Shown: positions 60,894-60,962 of the stretch, one piece after another
How the letters are laid out: every line of letters starts with the position of its first letter
Numbering within the stretch: position 1 is the stretch's first letter
DNA from: Candidatus Omnitrophota bacterium
GTDB taxonomy: Bacteria > Omnitrophota > Gorgyraeia > Duberdicusellales > 4484-171
Reading direction: 5' to 3'
Assembly (NCBI GenBank): GCA_028713415.1
Contig: JAQTOI010000003.1
Span: forward strand, 1 to 60,962
Length of the DNA stretch: 60,962 nt
The notes under the pieces: generated by a model
What the model was told of the DNA's origin: nothing
Database searches by the model: none
Seen by the model: only the letters and a program-made list of their open reading frames with translations
Position numbers and translations under genes: made by a program

Positions 60894-60899
60894 TTTATT

Positions 60900-60962
60900 A
60901 TGAAAATGAAGAGGTATATGTGGGCCCAGCAGCAGTTGAAGATGAGATCGCTACCAGCAGTC
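60900..60962 (+). CDS. Possible 5' end of a downstream ORF (truncated by the window edge)
   Basis: ATG at 60900, 6 nt after the giant ORF's TAA, and open for all 21 codons to the window end ('MKMKRYMWAQQQLKMRSLPAV'). No clear Shine-Dalgarno sequence. Too short to evaluate. Confidence 0.2.
   Translation, partial: MKMKRYMWAQQQLKMRSLPAV

Noticed and set aside
141-60893. NRPS/PKS megasynthase
   Set aside because: I found no adenylation, condensation, ketosynthase, acyltransferase or carrier-protein (phosphopantetheine 'GxDS') motif series. The modules are unrelated free-standing-type enzymes rather than iterated synthase modules.
141-60893. Giant repetitive surface adhesin / RTX / Ig- or cadherin-repeat protein
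   Set aside because: There are no tandem arrays of about 90-110-aa repeats and no GGxGxD nonapeptides. The sequence is non-repetitive apart from the short linker elements and one three-member paralog family.
141-60893. Stop-codon reassignment (alternative genetic code) as the reason for the long ORF
   Set aside because: The frame contains no TAA, TAG or TGA at all under the standard code, so no recoding is needed to read it. The other frames show normal stop density.
3-60893. Artefactual concatenation of many genes by misassembly
   Set aside because: Chance joins would not preserve one frame without stops across more than 50 junctions, nor create a consistent SSP border motif with varied codons. 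The near-identical linker repeats (R2-R6) are potential mis-join points, so read-level validation is still advised.

Overview
The window is essentially one gene. A single + strand reading frame is open from nt 3 (the window edge) to the TAA at 60891-60893. The ORF track calls it 141..60893, 20,250 aa, from an internal TTG. No other frame has an ORF longer than 186 codons. I see no rRNA, tRNA, CRISPR array, transposase or integrase. The giant ORF is not a repetitive adhesin and not an NRPS/PKS. It reads as a string of at least 50 protein-sized modules, many of which carry the ordered motifs of ordinary free-standing enzymes.

Recognisable modules:
- Alpha-glucan (glycogen) set: GT5 glycogen-synthase-like, GT35 phosphorylase-like, two GH77 4-alpha-glucanotransferase-like, two GH13 amylase-type, a GlgB-type branching enzyme, and extra CBM48-like modules.
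- Other enzyme types: MBL/beta-CASP nuclease-like, HAD, four class-I methyltransferase-like, GHKL ATPase-like, P-loop kinase-like, SGNH hydrolase, Ser/Thr-kinase-like, LMW-PTP-like, and a YkgJ Cys-cluster module.
- A polytopic membrane block.
- Three paralogous His/Asp-motif modules.

Main unexplained signals:
1. The modules are punctuated by a Ser-Ser-Pro motif (62 in-frame copies, plus SSA/SSS variants). The motif is kept at the amino-acid level while its serine codons vary freely.
2. Many inter-module linkers carry short repeats conserved at the nucleotide level and translated in frame. These are an 'FGSLKTAxxAPP' element with about 9 copies, plus five two-copy families of 35-83 nt.

Together these suggest a processed polyprotein, or a hinge-linked mega-enzyme built by fusing once-separate genes. 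All domain calls come from reading motifs by eye; no database search was possible. Module borders are approximate, and the true 5' end probably lies upstream of the window.
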